Shown here in pieces: positions 39,801 through 46,425 of a stretch of DNA of 64,000 nt. The notes under the pieces were generated by a model. That model was given only the letters and a program-made list of their open reading frames with translations, was not told the origin of the DNA and did no database searches. The translations under genes and the position numbers were made by a program. This DNA is from a virus (lineage: Duplodnaviria; Caudoviricetes), in the IMG/VR virus record IMGVR_UViG_3300033066_001102, positions 1-64,000 of that record. The stretch is one strand, 5' to 3'. The first letter of the stretch is position 1, and every line of letters starts with the position of its first letter.

Positions 39801-42800
39801 GATCTGAAACAGATTGATCTATACCCTTTGCATTTTTACCGTAGTAATTATCTCTAAGCGCCTGCCAATTAGGTAAATCACTAAGATCATATCCGAAATA
39901 TCTCCTTACATCTTCATTGTTAAAACTGATGTGCGCATCAGCCATCCGTCGCTCTTTATCACTAAATTGCAACGACTCACCTTCCATTTGATCCATGTAG
40001 GCCGCACCAATCAATATTTCTAATGGATTCTCGCCTTCAGATCCGAGTTTGTGATAATAGTCTTCTTCATTATTGATATCCGACACATCAAGCTCAGGAG
40101 TACTTGAATATTTTTCAACCAGGTAACCAGAAACAACTTTATCATAAATAGGACTTCTTCGATCAACTTCTTTACCCGAAACCGAATTTTCAAATATTAT
40201 AGAGCCACTTTTCGATTTCTTAACCTCATATTCAATGTTCTCTACCGATATAAATTCCTTGTTACCGATAACAGATAATTTCGCCTTGTTTTTATTTTCA
40301 GTACCTGGAGTGATCTCTTTTTTGATATCTTCAAGTTGATCAATCAATTCCTCATCAAGATCATCTTCAGGGAAAGGAATATCTACAGGAATATGTTCTA
40401 CCGGATCACCAATGTCAATTCCAATAACAGGTGGTACTACGTCGATAATAGGAACAGTTTGACTCTCTGGCATCCCCGCTGCTACATTAGTCTGCTCCTT
40501 TATCTTTCTATTCAATTCAGCCAGTAGTGCTGAAGCATGCGCCGCAGGAATATTTTTATACCGGTTCACTTTCATTGCTACTTCTGCCTCATTCATGCCA
40601 GGAGCACCCACCTTCTTAGCCGTTGCCCTCGTTTCAAAAGCATTTAATACTTGTTCCGCATAAATCCTTTCATCGCCCGCTGCAAATTTCCCGAGATTCT
40701 TTTTTCTGAAATCCCTGATGGACATTACGCCGGCATTGCGAAGTGCATACAGTTGTCCCAGTTTTCCGTTGCTTATATTCACAGCAACAGGATTCTGATT
40801 CACGTCGAAGTAACGAACAGTTGATTTTGCTTTTGGCAAGAATGATCCCACTGATGCTATAGGAGCAAACGCCCCGATTCCCAATGCAGTAGTAGCAAAA
40901 AACTCTTTATTATACCCTTCAAAAACGCCCTGATCACCGGTAATTATATTCGATAACGGACTATTTACCCATTCTTCAAATTGCTCACCAATGATATTTG
41001 AATATGAAAGGTTATGCTTAAATATCTCTTGTATTGCTTCATTCGGCTCAATACCATGACGCGCTAACCAGTAACCAACAGTCAGTCGCTTCATAAAATC
41101 AGGATCCTTCAGCACCTTTTTTGAGAAAGCATTACCCATCCATGGAACAACCTCTCCAATTCGCTCAGTAGCAAATTCAGCCCATGAAGTACCAAATGCT
41201 TTTGCAAAAGCAGTAGAAAAGTCTTCTCCTCTGCCCTTTTGCGATTCATCCAATTGGTATAACAATTTAGTTCCGTCAGGCGAAAAAGCCATTACCATTC
41301 CCGGTTGCATGCGCTCCAGTGTGGTGTTAATATACATTTGAGGATTTGCAGCCGTTTGCGCTATTCCACCAATAAGGCTTGCCAATACCTCGCTTGAACG
41401 TCCCGCTGCCGATTCTGCAAATATTACCGAACCGGCCGATTTAGCACTTTGTGCGGCGCTGATTTTTCCAAGATCAAGAATGCTTGTACCCGCTTTTGCA
41501 GCAATCTTTTGCAGACCTTGTCCTACTACTGTTTTTGCGGAAGAATAAACACCACTTGTAGCTGCAAATTCACCAATGTAAGGGAACATTCCGGTTGTTA
41601 TTTGCCCGGCCGTGTACCAGTAATTCGGTGTAATCTGGCTTTCAATATCATTCTTTGCTGTTTCTGATTGCAACAGCAATGTTTCAATAGGAGATAAGGC
41701 CTTGCCATCGCGAACTTTATTCTTGATACTTAACAGATTGATGTTGTCTGGAATGTCAGCAATAGATTTTATAAAAGGAATAAAATCGGTCATTCGTTTA
41801 TTTATCGCACCTTGATAAAACCATCCCTGATAGTTTTCTGGCAATGTCCCAATTTTGACGAGATTTTCCCGTGTCTGCAGCAATAGTCTGTATTCCTTGT
41901 ATTTATCTATGGATTCATTAGATAGCGATCCGTTTTTTTCAATACCATCATTCCTTGCTACATTTAATTCCTTTTTTAATTCGGCTATTTGCTTATCGAT
42001 TTCTGGCAATGTCTGTTCTGCATAGCTGCGAAGCGAAAAGGTAGTTAAGTTACCCTTGTCAGTGATATATGCCGGCCTTACTACATGGTAATAAAATTGC
42101 TTTCTGGCTTCAAAAATATCCTCTGGCGACACGCCTGCATTATGAAGCTCTATTGCTTTATTTTGCCAGGCATGATCCATCAACTTCTTTTTCTCTTCAT
42201 AGGATTTTCCTTGAAATTCTGGACTTTCGAAAGCACTTTGCGCCTTCCGTATGTAATCGCCACCGAGAATGGTCTTAGATGGGCTGATTACGGCATCAAT
42301 TTTTAAATTGAATGCATCATCAATTTCTGTTTTAAGGGGAGTAAAATATTTACTTTGCCATAGATCAGTGATTTTGGCATTATACACCTGATTTAACTCA
42401 GCACCTTTTTGTCTAACAAAGTTTTGAGCATTGGCATTTCCTTCAGGTGATGAAAGATCAAATGTTTTAGAGGCTTCTACTTTAAGGTTTTGTATTGCCG
42501 CTTCCAATGATTTGTTTAATGCAAGATACTCTGGATCTCTTTGAAAAATAGAATCGTACTTCGACTGAATGGGACGAATAAATGAAGTGTCTGCGTACAC
42601 CTTATTGAGATTATTAAGAATCTCAGCCCGTGGCTTAAGAAAGCTGTCTATTTGTGTAGGTAATCGATATTGCTGACCATAGAAAGTATTTGATGCCGGC
42701 TGATTAATAACATCTTTTAGGAAGTTTGTGTTTTTAGCTTTGAGTACTTCTTCATGCATCACACCTAACCCAACCAACTTATCTCTCATTCCATCGGCAT

Positions 42801-43320
42801 CTTCTATATCACCCTCTGTAATGGTTTTTTTCGCAATTGCTATTTGCTTATTTCCGGAAGGGAATTGACCAATAAGCTCACCACCTTCAACTTTCAGTTT
42901 CGGAACTTCTGGCACCCATCCCGCGAAGTAATCGGTGATCATCCGTTTTGCCTTCTGAACCATTGATTGATCCGTTGGCTCCTGGTCAACCGCATTAACC
43001 GGTTTCTGCGGATAAGTAACGGAAGATTTATTTTCAGTAGCCGTCGGTGTAGCGACAGGAGTACTGGTCAACTTATCACCCAAGTTTGCCGATGGTCCGA
43101 GCGATTTTGTATCAACAGGGGCAGTGTTGGTCAGACGGAGCGCACTGTCAACCTTTGAACTGAACTTGTCATAATCAGGAAGATTGAAATCTCTGGCAGC
43201 GGCATCATAAAAGGACTTCCGGAGTTTTGGGTCCTTCATCTTCGACTGAAAATTCTCATAGCTGCCTACATTGAACTTTTGTGAAGCGGCCTGGTATAAT
43301 GGGAGCAAATCATTGGGCAT
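24862..43320 (-). CDS. Giant (6152 aa) polyvalent DarB-like protein, probably virion-packaged and ejected
   Basis: ParB-like EDGRHR (~aa 1590), DUF2958-like (~1695-1780), J-domain KAYRKLSFKYHPDK (HPD at aa 2049), HEAFSH (2258), HEILH (2646), N6-MTase FTGWGG/HYTS/LEPAAG/NVPF (~3000-3370), SNF2 HDVGSGKT/DEAD/SGTP/QRNGRGIRQG (~3820-4420). Confidence 0.85.
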   Translation of the reverse strand: MPNDLLPLYQAASQKFNVGSYENFQSKMKDPKLRKSFYDAAARDFNLPDYDKFSSKVDSALRLTNTAPVDTKSLGPSANLGDKLTSTPVATPTATENKSSVTYPQKPVNAVDQEPTDQSMVQKAKRMITDYFAGWVPEVPKLKVEGGELIGQFPSGNKQIAIAKKTITEGDIEDADGMRDKLVGLGVMHEEVLKAKNTNFLKDVINQPASNTFYGQQYRLPTQIDSFLKPRAEILNNLNKVYADTSFIRPIQSKYDSIFQRDPEYLALNKSLEAAIQNLKVEASKTFDLSSPEGNANAQNFVRQKGAELNQVYNAKITDLWQSKYFTPLKTEIDDAFNLKIDAVISPSKTILGGDYIRKAQSAFESPEFQGKSYEEKKKLMDHAWQNKAIELHNAGVSPEDIFEARKQFYYHVVRPAYITDKGNLTTFSLRSYAEQTLPEIDKQIAELKKELNVARNDGIEKNGSLSNESIDKYKEYRLLLQTRENLVKIGTLPENYQGWFYQGAINKRMTDFIPFIKSIADIPDNINLLSIKNKVRDGKALSPIETLLLQSETAKNDIESQITPNYWYTAGQITTGMFPYIGEFAATSGVYSSAKTVVGQGLQKIAAKAGTSILDLGKISAAQSAKSAGSVIFAESAAGRSSEVLASLIGGIAQTAANPQMYINTTLERMQPGMVMAFSPDGTKLLYQLDESQKGRGEDFSTAFAKAFGTSWAEFATERIGEVVPWMGNAFSKKVLKDPDFMKRLTVGYWLARHGIEPNEAIQEIFKHNLSYSNIIGEQFEEWVNSPLSNIITGDQGVFEGYNKEFFATTALGIGAFAPIASVGSFLPKAKSTVRYFDVNQNPVAVNISNGKLGQLYALRNAGVMSIRDFRKKNLGKFAAGDERIYAEQVLNAFETRATAKKVGAPGMNEAEVAMKVNRYKNIPAAHASALLAELNRKIKEQTNVAAGMPESQTVPIIDVVPPVIGIDIGDPVEHIPVDIPFPEDDLDEELIDQLEDIKKEITPGTENKNKAKLSVIGNKEFISVENIEYEVKKSKSGSIIFENSVSGKEVDRRSPIYDKVVSGYLVEKYSSTPELDVSDINNEEDYYHKLGSEGENPLEILIGAAYMDQMEGESLQFSDKERRMADAHISFNNEDVRRYFGYDLSDLPNWQALRDNYYGKNAKGIDQSVSDLNLREDFDRFTEKDLWDFMLKYPNGLDESKLFGPLTSRLGQQFTAITGIQFDRTLLKTFAEYRKKASQIPSSEQEDILAWLDDNPDGTIEELTLEVPLTDETKTLINEITTEETKDEIGQEQQGGAGVAKNEIQQPEAKGESALNDVDVKKQKAFEKFDEKNIQEDVKKTSNILRKVLPNKIGDYVFEKLFSVGGNWHITYRKETERTNIHTGEKYIDIADQSFPLDKEDILNLSETDLLAKIEELANKNGIRGKAASQSPEEKRGAIAGGERNVEATNIAEGLSQEEVVPESQPTDTRQQLEEFGVPKEDVGKNPNALEDVEYTLRNPKKNEIVFVDTDKILERQSKDQPDYDVTNKKNQIGNRVQKAKEFISNYLNDNRWVHPKTGERTETKVTFEPSVASINDGKLGFEDGRHRILAAKELGLKKVAIEVPKDQVELFKKEFTPTTDKKTSTDNTTEAKEEEVKPSKVEKTAKSVITPNIVNFMPEAELESLQQNELKSEESEFFIDMLDKLDKLIEGMPATYETDDQEEGDKIVYLHYFIGGRDWYIIEKDKGSKDDAPKDKGKQYQAFGYAKFGEDGEWGYISIEEMKSLPVELDLYWTPKKFSEVIASEKEEAPEPVDKKKDVENFPYRVELIIKGEGGKWNGNDARYATWEEANAAGQKIMMNWMAAEKMRIIDGRTETVATGPEEITTPGTRVTWSNLKQWNDAYLELDKRAPSAKRHKDLYSHIESLPDNIIEAAGQTELDRLKNIISRNEVPKGNRETHPATRIKNAIDRRQTKLNNRKLNDQELNTIGEALKKRFGINYKTVTQDEAKAILNSDRDFFFGILEDIDLFDNVDQNEAKAFILKVYRTVANKEEARKAYRKLSFKYHPDKGADALELMKYLNVVNDNYNKGIISDSHARRPGDQGSGRSGHQQRNTYEDFRRDQEEQMRDWQRRQQERQRQYERERQAGKSAHEEQMRQRREKQSIYDTITKQAREKRDKRKEDARKKRDADKATLNSQKETITPGDYIVKNNAIDKAYTVEILAADKEYMDAIMDATKRYRMQKYDGPMPAGFYDDATETAYFVSGVADETTPIHEAFSHPFILAIEKRNPELYDRLQKSVRKNKEVKEFVDSKYPNASARMKTHEMIARAIDLEARKQLEDKSLIDLIKEFWQEVKAVMLNMFGRKLVIGKNEYKPEDISADTKVEDIVNFVLRSAIKMDLRRSVESDIETIGFNIGRNRPQDLSSWMQTQLLGIGTIDFNKFNLLFEKIGIPPLKKDANGKIENTDDYVRRHIGAIQTYFEAGKPTAYPPVDIPSEVDAAMDEFGDLFDDLTDDGSDIVKNMFSIPYASEEKEKRFSFIAKLKALDRELSSGELDPKEFSIRLARLLDENFERNQSKRIRDRKRGPVYVKERILNAQRKGEITQVGAEFALWLLNKNPLVASDLGISIVTNDYKGMAGTYSPFNRLVRIIKSNNDPYVIVHEILHHTERMLSDEAQKAIFVEWAKQYDKQLRNATTERREALRNLHLSTISNDKDIQDQVFLDFLNGVLNRDDYQYANPSEFWAMNASEYLGNRFISHTVWQKIKAYYQELIEAIKKIFGLPNYHPIIKGMREVLRASGEYKSKEGLVERFLTSKVRTKGAMNEKEIKLNDAGIKMVESAVKAGMTSFESIVNGIRQKFGDQKAEMMLPYLKKAYGSYAYGAPDEISDQLTDKKIVSNFKLPVKNENTENISGGRTPGTKPGSGTTSDLFSGDRPEFSNIPGEVPDETEEISPMETDTGGTGTDQGVETGSNGSGSGGGGERRTKSGRNIRSNPKSKSTESSSEETADPIDPANRNFVITQSTELVPKGEMGKIRANIEAIELLKELEKADRNPTPEEKTILAQFTGWGGLATVLDVNKAQERGQTSWKDKYLSMHNQIVKMLTPSELKSAIASTTNAHYTSKDIISHMWTIAERLGFRGGRVLEPAAGVGHFNGLMPRNLVPNSKMDMVELDLISGRIATKLYPQSNVRVSGFEETRLQPASYDLAISNVPFGPIKVYDKNFEDLTKWNIHNYFIGKSMRMVKPGGLGVLITTSNTMDRGTIQEFRDYMNEHEEVDFMGAIRLPWNAFKENAGTEVTTDILIFRKRTDQGRTHPQAQLWSMAVPHRETVDDEGDPYTQFINEYFHDNPEMMMGEMRLAHEAGRGGLNTANDNTLVPTSDDLNGMIENAIDKLPQNISNTTGSDSSTTTEDLFSEERDVDGGYYIDENGEIYTSENGVRVYVDFENERVTLSGGKSVSVETVFKLFINVKQLAKKLVQSERSVKFTDDELNEQRRKLRIAYLNFHERYGRINRNNKLSFLKEDSEFAIVYSLEKITQKIERNKAGNAYYKYEIAPGDILSRRVNYPYVIPTSAESISDAVNISIIYKGTINIDYVAKLLDINPDAARQLILEERLAFVDPITGMLIDHDEYISGNVREKLKQAELAALTDANFERNVTSLKEVLPPWAPMHLITPGIGSTWIPLSVYSSFMKDQDIQADVTYNENVSKNRYSVKFNKYRSSNSLGEATWGYQNPETGKIIYDASEMMEKALNNGDVKVYKIDPTDAEGKRRIVDHEKTAEARLKLEGLKSEFEAWVKRTESIHDELEQSFNNEVQGFVEYKSTRVIKRFPEQSEFIDGEEFKLRQHQSRAAFRSLRRSTYLAHDVGSGKTYTLISIAMEWKRLKLANKTLIVVHNPTFEQFNASASKLYPGKRILMATKKDMQKENRQRLFASIAYGAWDVVIIPRSFLEKIPNDPDRERAMLQAEIANLEAQKANMDNEEKKQFSRDIAKLKKRMEKLGAKPIADKKTRRVKDEGRQTLRDRRKFAEINNQKKDATFYFEEMGIDAIILDEADAYKKVGFDTSLPNIRGIDVQRSNIAWDAYTKTRFIMQQNGGRNVVMASGTPITNTMAEMWTVMRYISPAMLKELGIDTFDSFAASFTHITQSLELTATGVYKELPRMREFINLPALVAAFRTNVDVVTNEDILEFKESRLVPNKEVEQIVLEMSFATKEVIDTIRSLAVWWDNLQGSQQAKLIWLPIVLYGLAKKAAVDVRLLNNKYKKYPEDPNSKLNQTAIRAAEVYHETTGIKGTQLIFCDSIRSRDSSFNAHQEIRKNLIANGVLPSEIVIADDKFDGLRRALVMQDMNEGKVRFLIGHTDKIGVGINVQERVVALWHVDAPDLPSKMTQRNGRGIRQGNLCALSIEEGGFDRPVMVKEVGVKDTMDALAYQRLEIKGKFINQALSNFLDWSAHDDIDISDGDLQNGIMASMLAGSSTGLLLRESQRMLRQLEAAYNNYRLREGKLAGRVKELEAIIPALYSRKPFLNAFMEDLPNWMDFERTEDGKMKSSDRKITTVTIDGIVHKEKFGQAIDEAQAKAIQKLHEKGRDAGGNVKVVIKFGDHMTAVITNRFGAWVDGGQTGMFNEEARGTNYDKKTEPIFDTNAIGSEVQLFLGERMEDTFNFNGGISLGNRIYGKVKDISFDQETIDTRISEYQSEIDKIKGQIGQPFEKMEEMDMMQKQILELEAQLLQEGITSDGEGELDSNSMELLEIIQRLIADDREREQRKEERKQRKGKKESDQERKQREEDEKMDADEPTAKSEDTEDGEVKGLGAGTEEEEEGPFMQFPDNSKSAGLQERIDNRLKQLYDSVDSEFAKMGSGGKAYLLPPKLILKGALKIIRYSVKAGFSVARAIRNALNYIETTNWYRDQAKRGNPYKMDDFIRMLNDYGISSAADIDSLDSYLKRIRKFVNNAQPGDMETALDNLTNYITQRVKSIGLSDTRLFLDAIDKIRKSQGNPARLATAITRFEQAIDKFIYREQYREAIRAKRDARRNLLKQQKFPDIRMLGMELVNLPIIKSRQRIPVNLLFKYLQAINPLAAKGRELLPDVNLIREVIREVTDWANEIETVEPEERESSEARANREEAQRNRWSDLIDEMKNNFDPTSIVRHPEIDKQLQQKVREFVNIDHHELKFNQMKNYYGVMYNLYHNQLVSGHMDKDWVLPARKQQKAATVVNMKQETEFYFKNIRELAEELKRNPKTLWDTILLRPDPNMKYDAPFWQHYIQPITTAIEQFRTDYQTVKHQLDKLYDALGTGLNSRSKAAMMVRMWAFANQVDRNRPDIDFKKKLNDSIANMRESSFYSDVFEMDYLDAYNALKFTTPTDDTEERVIDLQATWDSFTPAQKAFANGLHDLVEDRLQPIVQYLQMYVRGENVNFIENYHPMTILGGVNVDEAKLENQIAAMESGDGLRDAIMNTKASSMFQRTYPKKVFYSFAYQSLLGSIEGTLFDKHLTEPIREVFGAMITPTFTDAMTSDLATTLRDQVMTMLKHEIGFNELSKSTGQKIVDALIRSLTGQALVSVKRFAEYIPNWTIAAAYLSSNPYNAIKIIYKNGRDFFSHSREWLELMRNNGFSIYQRFSTHTELVDMPGGQSMILHNPFLSPLKHWKESRTTMKKYDHRNRSKLETLAFDTFNAWQHNAVRRTGDLIQQLSIGIGDYPSSFPIWVASFRQYLKDHGYDENIPVQDITTTLPPEVVTAAGNYAEKIVDKSIGVSNRGRAAEKVYSFQNEDERKAWYAYAMGRFRYFLGVLMYQQTAYAQRYASDLISGKGEYGRLKSAGITMGYLAGNMAFNVMSKLISALIIGMGGDPKEKKAQLEDLYTKEYWARNLFSAGLQLFALGRLPYFNKIIFNALAEMANKRVTENLIGHAYNSYHDALLYSPNFPLPTEWAQAKQVYNIFMPFTTPIDKLYQPVLDAMDVVGNGNPDDDALAKYNMARAALAMGNLVIQVPFINKEILNTLNQRSMAVKPSDYSSLHEQQYDMAKVKEDAQKLYDSQYSTMPKDEAMDSINFKIADPETPESERLILQQTKKVVEMPKFPLSKRQKFIHNLPAESKPAYIKEELRGATDAQIKTELQSFRDLNVISDYLYLELMDAMYYSKEQNRQEMTPKEQREYRYRAKLRENKN

Positions 43321-43330
43321 GTGATATGTT

Positions 43331-44710
43331 TTAATAGTTTGACCAACCTTCTATGTTTATCTTCCCGCCGCTTGCAGGACTGTAATAAATGTCTTTACGC
43401 TTGAATCGCGTAGGTGTCTTTCCAGACTGCGCAATCTCAAATGCTGTTTGAATATCCGGTGTCATGTATTGCGACTGATCTTCTTCGGCAGTAGTGGCAC
43501 CAAATCCAATGTCTGGAGTTGCAGCAGCATACTTATTTGGATTATAAATATTCGTACCATCATGGTTGATCAGTCCCATCAAACTGGTATAATCCCCAAT
43601 ATTCACATTACTTGCCCCCAGTATGCGCTGCGCCATATCATCAAAGGTCAGCGCATCGCTGGTGCCATCATCATATTTCACCACGAATCTGGATTGTGAA
43701 GGATCAGCAGGATCATTCTTTACCTGTACAGCAACGGCCTCGTTCACAAATTTTCCTGTCCCTTTCCTGAGCTTGGTGATGTCAAAAGGTGTAACATTTA
43801 CATTATAAGCACCGGTAGCAGGATCGTAAGTGGTTTTATTGGTAGGATCAAACATTGCACGGTGCAGGTTATCAGTAACCGATTTCACTGATTGTAACTT
43901 GTCCATATACTTTTGTTGAGCAAGCCAACTGTCATAACCACCGCCTGATCCGTGAGATTGAATTCTTCCCCAAATAAACTTCGTAGCGCCTTTCACTTCC
44001 GGATTATCGTACAGATCTGCCATCTGCTCAATATCCTCTCTTGGAATAGCAGGATTTTCTGCAGACATCACATCGACAAGAAATTCCTTTCCTACATATC
44101 CCTTATGTTTAGCGTCTGCAGTAGGCATTTCGATTGAAAGGAATTTTAACGGATTAACTTCTGGCATGGCATGAGAACGTGAAAACGGCAACTTTTTGAT
44201 CACACCCTTATTGTGCAGGTCAACGGCCTCAATCCACGGCACCTTTTCTTTCGTCCCGCCCGGATATTCCACTTCAACCGGCGCTACCCATTCGCTTTTT
44301 TGGATCGCTTCGGTGCCCAGGTTGTAGTTCTTCAGGTTTTCCTTTGCATCACGCAATTCCGGACTATCGAGCAGTGTCCGTTTATACTTCGATACCACTT
44401 CAGGAGCCATCAACTGAAGCATGTGCGTGTCATTGTTGTACTTCGATAGTTCCGCAATAACCGGTTGCATCAACTTCTCATGTGCTGCCTTGAACCGTTC
44501 AGCATCGGCAGGTAGCATCTCGCTTGCCTTTTGTGCCGTTTCCTCTAATTGTGCCGAAACCAGTCCCATTGCCTTCATCCGCTCCTTCATCTGATCGAGA
44601 GCATCATCACGCATTCGTGTAGCAATGGTGATGTTTTCCATCGAATCTCTTCTTCTGGCTGCATAGTCAGGCGAAGCGTTTAATCCATTATAAAAGGCGG
44701 CTCCAGGCAT
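43331..44710 (-). CDS. Putative cargo/ejection protein
   Basis: Between muzzle and giant protein; helical N-half; position only. Confidence 0.5.
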   Translation of the reverse strand: MPGAAFYNGLNASPDYAARRRDSMENITIATRMRDDALDQMKERMKAMGLVSAQLEETAQKASEMLPADAERFKAAHEKLMQPVIAELSKYNNDTHMLQLMAPEVVSKYKRTLLDSPELRDAKENLKNYNLGTEAIQKSEWVAPVEVEYPGGTKEKVPWIEAVDLHNKGVIKKLPFSRSHAMPEVNPLKFLSIEMPTADAKHKGYVGKEFLVDVMSAENPAIPREDIEQMADLYDNPEVKGATKFIWGRIQSHGSGGGYDSWLAQQKYMDKLQSVKSVTDNLHRAMFDPTNKTTYDPATGAYNVNVTPFDITKLRKGTGKFVNEAVAVQVKNDPADPSQSRFVVKYDDGTSDALTFDDMAQRILGASNVNIGDYTSLMGLINHDGTNIYNPNKYAAATPDIGFGATTAEEDQSQYMTPDIQTAFEIAQSGKTPTRFKRKDIYYSPASGGKINIEGWSNY

Positions 44711-44713
44711 GGC

Positions 44714-46423
44714 TTAATGTGTTGGCAGTTGTGATTGTGGATTGTAATTACCGTAATTTAAGTACCAAAGAGGATCTTCTGGTAAAATTGGAGAACGCTC
44801 TATTTCAGAATTAAGTAACGATGGCGGCAAAAAAGGCGATTGCAATTTCGGCACTGTTGGCATTACCGGAGCAGCTGCAGTAACAGGAGTAGCGGCCTTA
44901 TCTTCCGGAACCAATCCTTTTAACCATGCGCTGATGTCCATTCCGCTCAGTTTCTTATTCACTTCAATCAGCGACTTCAAGTATTGATCATTTATACTAC
45001 CAGGTCCATAGTTTTTACTGTAGTCCATCTGGTTTATCATGCTTTGTAATCCTGTCTTTGCCAAGTCGCCTGCAGCGGTTTGTTCACGCAATTTCTCTTC
45101 ATACTTCCGGATGAAATTCTCTTTGTCCATGCTCACATCCTGAAGGAGCGCATTACCATAAGCCTGTTGTGACCTCCGTTTCATATCCGCGTTGGCCGCA
45201 GCAAACTTCATTGCTCGACTCATGTAGTCGCCGGCAAAACGTGAAGCATCACCGACGCTGAAAGCACCATTACCACCGCTTGTTTCATGCGCAAAATTTA
45301 ATCCGGCCGTAAGTGCTCGCTCATTAGCATCTTTGATCGCACCTGCTTCCGCTCCTGTGAAGCCCATAGTCGCATCCTTATGAAGCTGTAATAGATATTG
45401 TGACCAAGCATCCGGTTTCTTGAATTCGGGAAGATCGCCCTTTGTGCCCTGCATTCCCATAAGGAACTGTGCAGCATTGAATATTTGCTCAGGTCCGCCA
45501 AGTTGTGTACTGATCTTTTCAGCAGTATCCCATGGATTATTATAGCTTCTTCCTCCCCCCATGTCAATAATGGTAGCACCGGAAGCATATTCAATCGGAT
45601 CCTGCTTGTACTTTTTCGGATCCCCGCCACCGGCCACAAACCCGAAAAATTTACGTTGTCGCTTTGATATTGGTTTACCGTAAACTGTACCGTCTTTCAA
45701 TATCTGCTTTGCTTTTTCAGCACTGAGCTCACCGCCCTTCTTCGCTTCCATCAAACCTTTTTCTTCCTCATGATCCGGTTGACGGTCCATTGCCTTCGCA
45801 ACAAACTTGCCGAGCGCAGTAGGATCGCCTTCTTCTTTGAGTTCCTTCATTTTCCGGTTATCGGACTTGCTCATTACCCGTTCACCATAGCTGATGTCGC
45901 CAACGTGACGACCAGTTTTTTTGTCAATCATGGCGAGGTCTTCATCGCCGTCCCACCAGTGTTTCATTTCGCCTCCTTTTTTCATTGGATGAAAGGACGA
46001 GCCCCAATCGTCCGAAAGATTCACGTCATTGGTTGCACCTGCAGCGCCGGACATGGTCATTTTTGCACCTTGGCCAATTGCCGATATTCCTAAAGGATTA
46101 CCTGGAACAAGTATTTCAGATAATACACCACCAGCCGTTATAAGTACTCCTACGCCTGCCATTGAAGCTGCGTGATCCGATGCTTTATTGTCATTCACAT
46201 TTTCAAGAAAAGTATTAAAACCGTCACCCTTGAATTGCTGCGCCATTCCATGACGGGTATTACTTCCAAATCCAGGTATAAACCGTGCGACTTTCCCAAA
46301 GTTGTTACGTTCACCAGTTTGTTTAAATCCGGCTATTGCAGCAATCCATTTCTTATCGTCCGGCAGATATGTTGGATCGACAACAAATTGAGAATCGGGA
46401 ATATTTTCATTAAAGAGTGGCAT
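44714..46423 (-). CDS. Putative cargo/ejection protein
   Basis: Gly/Ala-rich hydrophobic segment, GGEMK..GERV region, coiled coil, Pro-rich tail; directly follows the muzzle gene. Confidence 0.55.
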   Translation of the reverse strand: MPLFNENIPDSQFVVDPTYLPDDKKWIAAIAGFKQTGERNNFGKVARFIPGFGSNTRHGMAQQFKGDGFNTFLENVNDNKASDHAASMAGVGVLITAGGVLSEILVPGNPLGISAIGQGAKMTMSGAAGATNDVNLSDDWGSSFHPMKKGGEMKHWWDGDEDLAMIDKKTGRHVGDISYGERVMSKSDNRKMKELKEEGDPTALGKFVAKAMDRQPDHEEEKGLMEAKKGGELSAEKAKQILKDGTVYGKPISKRQRKFFGFVAGGGDPKKYKQDPIEYASGATIIDMGGGRSYNNPWDTAEKISTQLGGPEQIFNAAQFLMGMQGTKGDLPEFKKPDAWSQYLLQLHKDATMGFTGAEAGAIKDANERALTAGLNFAHETSGGNGAFSVGDASRFAGDYMSRAMKFAAANADMKRRSQQAYGNALLQDVSMDKENFIRKYEEKLREQTAAGDLAKTGLQSMINQMDYSKNYGPGSINDQYLKSLIEVNKKLSGMDISAWLKGLVPEDKAATPVTAAAPVMPTVPKLQSPFLPPSLLNSEIERSPILPEDPLWYLNYGNYNPQSQLPTH

Positions 46424-46425
46424 AT

